Of a stretch of DNA of 64,000 bases, positions 59,343 to 64,000 are shown one piece after another. This DNA is from Nitrospirota bacterium (GTDB lineage: Bacteria; Nitrospirota; UBA9217). The notes under the pieces were generated by a model, which saw only the letters and a program-made list of their open reading frames with translations, searched no databases and was not told the origin of the DNA. Where the stretch lies: contig CAVVUN010000008.1 of NCBI GenBank assembly GCA_963751455.1, positions 1 to 64,000 on the forward strand. The letters are read 5' to 3'. Position numbers and translations under genes: made by a program. Position 1 is the stretch's first letter. The number at the start of each line of letters is the position of its first letter.

Positions 59343-61835
59343 TTGCTCGAAGACTTTCTCCCACTGGTATCCAAGCCCGCTCGTTACATAAACACGGAGA
59401 TCAACAGTATTCACAAGGATCTCTCGAAGGTCAGGACCAGGATCTGCCTTTTTTTTCCGGACACCTACGAGATCGGCATGTCTCATCTCGGCCTCCGCAT
59501 CCTGTATGATATTCTGAACACCAGGCCGGACACTGCCTGCGAACGCGTTTTTTCTCCCTGGATAGATTACGAGAAGAGGCTGCGCGCAAGCGGCAGGCCG
59601 CTCAAAAGTCTTGAGTCCGGCATCCCGCTCATAGAATTCGACATCATCGGGATTACGCTTCAGTATGAGCTGTCGTATACGAACATCGTGATAGGGCTTG
59701 ATCTGGCCCACATCCCGCTCCACGCATGCGATCGGACGGACGATCATCCGCTTATAATTGCAGGCGGGCCGTGCGCGGTAAATCCCGAACCGCTTTCCGA
59801 TTTTATCGACGTTTTTTTCATCGGAGAGGCTGAAGAAGCAGTCCATGAGTTGATCGAGCTGAAACAAAAATATTCTGAGCGGCCGCGATTTCTGAGTGAA
59901 GCGGCGAAACTCGACGGGTTCTACGTTCCGGCCTTCGGAAAAACGATCGTCCGCCGGCGCTATATCAAAAGCATCGATTCCGCCCCATATCCCGAGCGGC
60001 CCATGCTCCCCCTTTTGAAACCAGTTCATGACCGGGTGACCGCCGAAGTGGCCCGCGGATGCATCCGCGGCTGCCGTTTTTGTCAGGCGGGTGTCATTTA
60101 CCGGCCGTATCGGGAGAGGAGCCCCGAGCGGGTCACAAGCATTCTGGAGAACTCGCTCGCATGTACCGGGTACGATGAACTCTCCCTTGCGTCGCTCAGC
60201 TCTGGCGACTATTCCGAAATTCAGCCGCTGATTACCGGTCTTATGAGCCGGTATCGGGACAGCCGTGTTTCGATATCGCTTCCATCACTCCGCGTCGGCA
60301 CTCTGTCACCCGAGATGGTCAAAGCGATAGCGGGAACACGCAAGACGGGATTTACGCTCGCACCCGAAGCAGGAACCGAACGGCTCCGCCGCGTCATCAA
60401 TAAGCCGGTCACCGATCAGGACCTTCTTGACGCCGCAGAAACCATCTTTAAGAACGGCTGGAATGTCCTGAAGCTTTACTTCATGATCGGTTTGCCAACC
60501 GAGACGGACGAGGACCTGGACGGCATAATCAGACTTGGAACGGAAATCCTGGCCCGGGCGCGCCGCAGTTCAAAGCGTCGCATTCAGATTAATATCAGCG
60601 TTTCTACCTTCGTGCCAAAGCCGCATACGCCGTTTCAATGGATAGGACAGGCGCCGCTCGGGGAGATCCGGAGAAAGCAGGCGCACCTCGAGAAAGGGCT
60701 CACGAAGCGCGGCATCGCTCTCAAGCCGCACCATGGCGAGACCAGTCTTCTGGAAGGGGCATTTGCGCGGGGCGACCGTTCCCTCGGCCGGGTAATCGAG
60801 GAAGCCGTACGGCTCGGATGTTGTTTCGACGGCTGGAGCGAATGTTTCGACTTCCGAAAATGGGCAGCCGCTTTTGAAAAATTCGGAATGAATGCGGCGG
60901 ACTGCGCCTCTCGCTCCTACGCCCTGGAGGAGGCCCTGCCGTGGGACCATGTGAAGAGCGGCGTAACGAAGGAATTTCTTCAGCGGGAATACCGTCGGGC
61001 GGCCGACGCTCAGATCACGGAGAACTGCAGGACAGAGTGCTCCCATTGCGGAATCGGCTGCCAAGACGGGGGGACGATGTCACTGGGCCTGCCCGGAACG
61101 CCGTCGGTGCGGAAAGCGTACGAAGCGCCGGCCGTCAGCAAACTCGAAGGCGTTGCGGAATTGACGAAGCACATCAGGATAAAATATACCAAGACAGGGA
61201 GACTCCGCTTCCTTTCGCACCTGGATTTCATGAGCCTTTTCCATAGGACCCTTATGCGGGCCACGGTAAAGATAGCTTTTTCACGAGGGTTTAATCCGCA
61301 TCCCAAGACTGCGTTCGGGCCGGCTCTGCCAGTGGGCATCGAGAGCGAGGCGGAGTACGTAGACCTCGAGTGCGATGCTTTTGTTGATGCAGCCGGTACT
61401 GCGATGGCCCTTAACAACATGCTTCCCGAAGGGGTGCGTATTCTTGAGTCTCGCGTTATCCCCGGTAAGGCCCCTTCTCTTTCGGGAAGCATCTGCAGGT
61501 ACGACTATCGCGTTCATATTCCCGAATCGAACGCCGCTTCGCTCAACGGGATCGCGGAGCGTTTTCTGTCTCGCAGCTCCGTTATCGTAACAAAGGAAGG
61601 CCGCTCGAACGATATAAGGACCGGTATCGAATCGGTTGCAGCAGCGGAGAATTGCGCTGCACTGCTGATAACGCTTCAGGACAAAGACGGTGTCCGGCCC
61701 CGTATCCAGGATGTGATCGCGCAAATCTTCGAAAGTAGCCCGGATGCAGCCATGCTGCTCAGGATCCGGCGGACGGAAATGTATTATCGCTCTCACGATG
61801 CATGGGCAACCCCGATGGACATTCAGAACGGATGA
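59343..61835 (+). CDS. B12-binding radical SAM protein (TIGR03960-like) fused to a DUF2344/TIGR03936-like domain
   Basis: FPDTYEIGMSHLG, RGCIRGCRFC, APEAGTERLR, FVPKPHTPFQW, RFLSHLD...FSRGFNPHP; AAGGAG RBS before TTG 59343. Confidence 0.92.
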   Translation: MLEDFLPLVSKPARYINTEINSIHKDLSKVRTRICLFFPDTYEIGMSHLGLRILYDILNTRPDTACERVFSPWIDYEKRLRASGRPLKSLESGIPLIEFDIIGITLQYELSYTNIVIGLDLAHIPLHACDRTDDHPLIIAGGPCAVNPEPLSDFIDVFFIGEAEEAVHELIELKQKYSERPRFLSEAAKLDGFYVPAFGKTIVRRRYIKSIDSAPYPERPMLPLLKPVHDRVTAEVARGCIRGCRFCQAGVIYRPYRERSPERVTSILENSLACTGYDELSLASLSSGDYSEIQPLITGLMSRYRDSRVSISLPSLRVGTLSPEMVKAIAGTRKTGFTLAPEAGTERLRRVINKPVTDQDLLDAAETIFKNGWNVLKLYFMIGLPTETDEDLDGIIRLGTEILARARRSSKRRIQINISVSTFVPKPHTPFQWIGQAPLGEIRRKQAHLEKGLTKRGIALKPHHGETSLLEGAFARGDRSLGRVIEEAVRLGCCFDGWSECFDFRKWAAAFEKFGMNAADCASRSYALEEALPWDHVKSGVTKEFLQREYRRAADAQITENCRTECSHCGIGCQDGGTMSLGLPGTPSVRKAYEAPAVSKLEGVAELTKHIRIKYTKTGRLRFLSHLDFMSLFHRTLMRATVKIAFSRGFNPHPKTAFGPALPVGIESEAEYVDLECDAFVDAAGTAMALNNMLPEGVRILESRVIPGKAPSLSGSICRYDYRVHIPESNAASLNGIAERFLSRSSVIVTKEGRSNDIRTGIESVAAAENCAALLITLQDKDGVRPRIQDVIAQIFESSPDAAMLLRIRRTEMYYRSHDAWATPMDIQNG

Positions 61836-62007
61836 CATGCCCTTTTTCGTTTTCCTGTGCGCGCTATCCTGATACTTTGGCCCTCCCACCATGTACCCTA
61901 AAAACTGAAGTTCTTTTCCCGAACCTTCATAAATTTTTATTCTTGTATTAAATTTCGCCCTATTATATATTTAATTTATTGCATATAAACATTGTTAAGG
62001 AGAAATC

Positions 62008-63513
62008 ATGTCATCTGAGATCATCGTCAATGCCGGCCGGGAAGAAACGCGCGTTGCGCTTCTCGAAAACAGCCTCGTAACCGAAATATACATCGACCGG
62101 AAAAAAGACCGGGGCATAGCGGGCAATGTGTACAAAGGGCGAGTCATGAAGGTGCTGCCCGGCATGCAGGCCGCCTTCGTGGACATCGGGCTGGAAAAGT
62201 CGGCCTTTCTGTACGTCGGAGACGTCTTCGACAGCACCTCCGAATATACGCCCATGATGGAAGACGAAGGTTTGGAGCTCGAGGTGGAACCCAAGCGTAA
62301 ACGCTCCTATTCGAGCCAAATCGAGGACCTGCTGCAGGAAGGCCAGGAGATTCTGGTCCAGGTTTCCAAGGAGCCGATAAGCACAAAGGGCGCGAGGGTT
62401 ACGACGTATATCAGCATCCCCGGCCGTTATCTTGTCATGATGCCCGGCGTGAACCATATCGGGGTATCGCGCCGCATCGAGAACGGAGAAGAACGGAAGC
62501 GGCTTCGCGAAATCGTCAGCAGGCTGAGAAAGCCCAATACCGGCTATATCATAAGGACTGCGAGCCAGGAGAAGAGCGAAGATGAATTCACGGCTGACAT
62601 AGAATTTCTATCGCGGCTCTGGGAAAATATCCAGAAAAAACGGGAAAAGACTTCTGCGCCGGCCCTCATGCACAACGAGCTCGACCTGGTCTTCCGGGTA
62701 ATAAGGGATGTTTTTACCAGGGATGTGGACCGGATGGTAGTCGATTCGGATGACGAATACCAGCGGGTGAAGGACTTCATCGATTCCTCCATCCCGCAGC
62801 TCAGCCGGCGCGTCAAGCTCTATGACGGAGATGAGCCCATTTTCGACCATTACGGGGTCGAGATCGAGATATCCCGTGCACTCGGCAGAAAGGTATGGCT
62901 CAAGTCCGGCGGATACATCATCATCGACCAGACAGAGGCGCTTACAACGATCGACGTGAATACCGGCCGGTACGTAGGCAAACGGACGCTCGAGGACACG
63001 ATCCTGAAGACCAACCTGGAAGCATTGCGCGAGATAGCATACCAGCTTCGGCTCAGAAACATCGGAGGGATCATCATTCTCGACTTCATCGATATGGAGC
63101 GGGAGGACAACCGGCGGAAGGTGTATTCCGCGCTCCAGGAGGCGCTCGCGAGCGACAAGGCGAAGACCACGATATCGCACATCTCTCCCATCGGGCTTAT
63201 AGAAATGACCCGTAAGCGCATCCGCGAGAGTCTCGGCCGGACGCTCTGCGATCTCTGCCCGTACTGCGATGGCCGCGGCTACGTCAAGTCGGCCCGAACA
63301 ATCTGCTATGAGGTCTTTCGGGAGATCCGCCGGGCGTTTACCGGCGCAGATGAGAAAAAAGCGCTTGTTACGGTCAACTCGGTAGTTGCCGATATGATGT
63401 ACGAAGAAGAGCGCACCGGCGTGGAAGAGTTAGAGAGGGAATTTCAGAAGAAGATCGTCATCAAGGCCGACCCGAACCTGCACCAGGAGCAGTATGAGGT
63501 CGTAATGGTATAG
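62008..63513 (+). CDS. rng: Rne/Rng family ribonuclease (RNase G)
   Basis: GNVYKGRV..VLPGMQAAFVDIG, TEALTTIDVNTG, LRNIGGIIILDFIDM, CPYCDGRG. Confidence 0.96.
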   Translation: MSSEIIVNAGREETRVALLENSLVTEIYIDRKKDRGIAGNVYKGRVMKVLPGMQAAFVDIGLEKSAFLYVGDVFDSTSEYTPMMEDEGLELEVEPKRKRSYSSQIEDLLQEGQEILVQVSKEPISTKGARVTTYISIPGRYLVMMPGVNHIGVSRRIENGEERKRLREIVSRLRKPNTGYIIRTASQEKSEDEFTADIEFLSRLWENIQKKREKTSAPALMHNELDLVFRVIRDVFTRDVDRMVVDSDDEYQRVKDFIDSSIPQLSRRVKLYDGDEPIFDHYGVEIEISRALGRKVWLKSGGYIIIDQTEALTTIDVNTGRYVGKRTLEDTILKTNLEALREIAYQLRLRNIGGIIILDFIDMEREDNRRKVYSALQEALASDKAKTTISHISPIGLIEMTRKRIRESLGRTLCDLCPYCDGRGYVKSARTICYEVFREIRRAFTGADEKKALVTVNSVVADMMYEEERTGVEELEREFQKKIVIKADPNLHQEQYEVVMV

Positions 63514-64000
63514 AGAGAAGGGCGCCGGGAACCATGCGGGCACAGCCGATCCTGCGGCTGTGCTTTTCTTTTTTTGCTCCGAGCAGCGCACGGTCGGCTG
63601 ACAGAATGAGGTTCATTGCGTTTTCGCCGTCCTGAGGATACGATGCAATTCCTATAGTAACGGTCAGGGCATGTCTGCCCTTCGACAGCCTCGTAAAACC
63701 CTCCTCTATCTGACGCTTGATCCGGCCTGCGAAAAGAGTATACGCTTTGGAAAGCTTGGTTTCCGGCAGGATGATGGCTATCTCATCTCCTCCGTAGCGG
63801 GCCGCAACGTCAGTGCTTCTGACTGCGCCCCGGATGGCCTGGCCTAGCCGCGCAAGAGCTTCATCCCCCGCCTGGTGACCGAACGCATCGTTGAATTTTT
63901 TGAAATCGTCCACGTCTACAAGAGCCAGTGAAAACTCGCGGCGATGGCGCGCGGCTCGCTGGAACTCCCTGCCCAGGATATTCTCGAAGGACCTGCGGTT
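63461..64000 (-). CDS. Diguanylate cyclase (GGDEF) domain protein, 5' truncated by window
   Basis: Frame open from 64000: NRRSFE...DVDDFKKFNDAFGHQAGD, ARYGGDEI, TIGIASYP, ADRAL. Confidence 0.9.
   Translation of the reverse strand, partial: NRRSFENILGREFQRAARHRREFSLALVDVDDFKKFNDAFGHQAGDEALARLGQAIRGAVRSTDVAARYGGDEIAIILPETKLSKAYTLFAGRIKRQIEEGFTRLSKGRHALTVTIGIASYPQDGENAMNLILSADRALLGAKKEKHSRRIGCARMVPGALLSIPLRPHTAPGAGSGRP

Overview
Bacterial chromosomal window, probably from an anaerobic dissimilatory sulfur-metabolising organism (Nitrospirota/Desulfobacterota-like; inferred from gene content only). It has four parts. (1) 1-6 kb: housekeeping and hypothetical genes, including guaA. (2) 6.4-20 kb: a minus-strand cluster rdgB-adk-sat-aprB-aprA-qmoA-qmoB-qmoC-CBS-hppA plus an internally deleted second hppA. 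aprA, qmoA, qmoB, qmoC and the CBS gene carry many single-base insertions that look like sequencing errors. (3) 20-37.5 kb: mixed housekeeping genes, including a peptidase/propeller/Omp85 protein and a TerC-cytidylate-kinase-like-BON fusion. (4) 37.5-51.2 kb: a putative anti-phage island, followed by the rlmL-like gene, mreBCD-mrdA-rodA, a radical SAM gene, rng and a partial GGDEF gene. The island holds a tightly coupled six-gene run hsdM-hsdS-hsdR-M48/YgjP-HipA-like kinase-HipS/HIRAN, an AT-rich 2TM-GAF plus small-protein pair, and a RelE-like/SF1 helicase/ankyrin fusion. That fusion is bracketed by two diverged copies of the 3' end of the rlmL-like gene. Intergenic spaces contain many miniature inverted-repeat elements built from 7-10 bp tandem units, and one heptamer run sits in-frame inside guaA. 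No rRNA, tRNA, CRISPR array, integrase or transposase was seen. All assignments are by eye from motifs; no database search was run.
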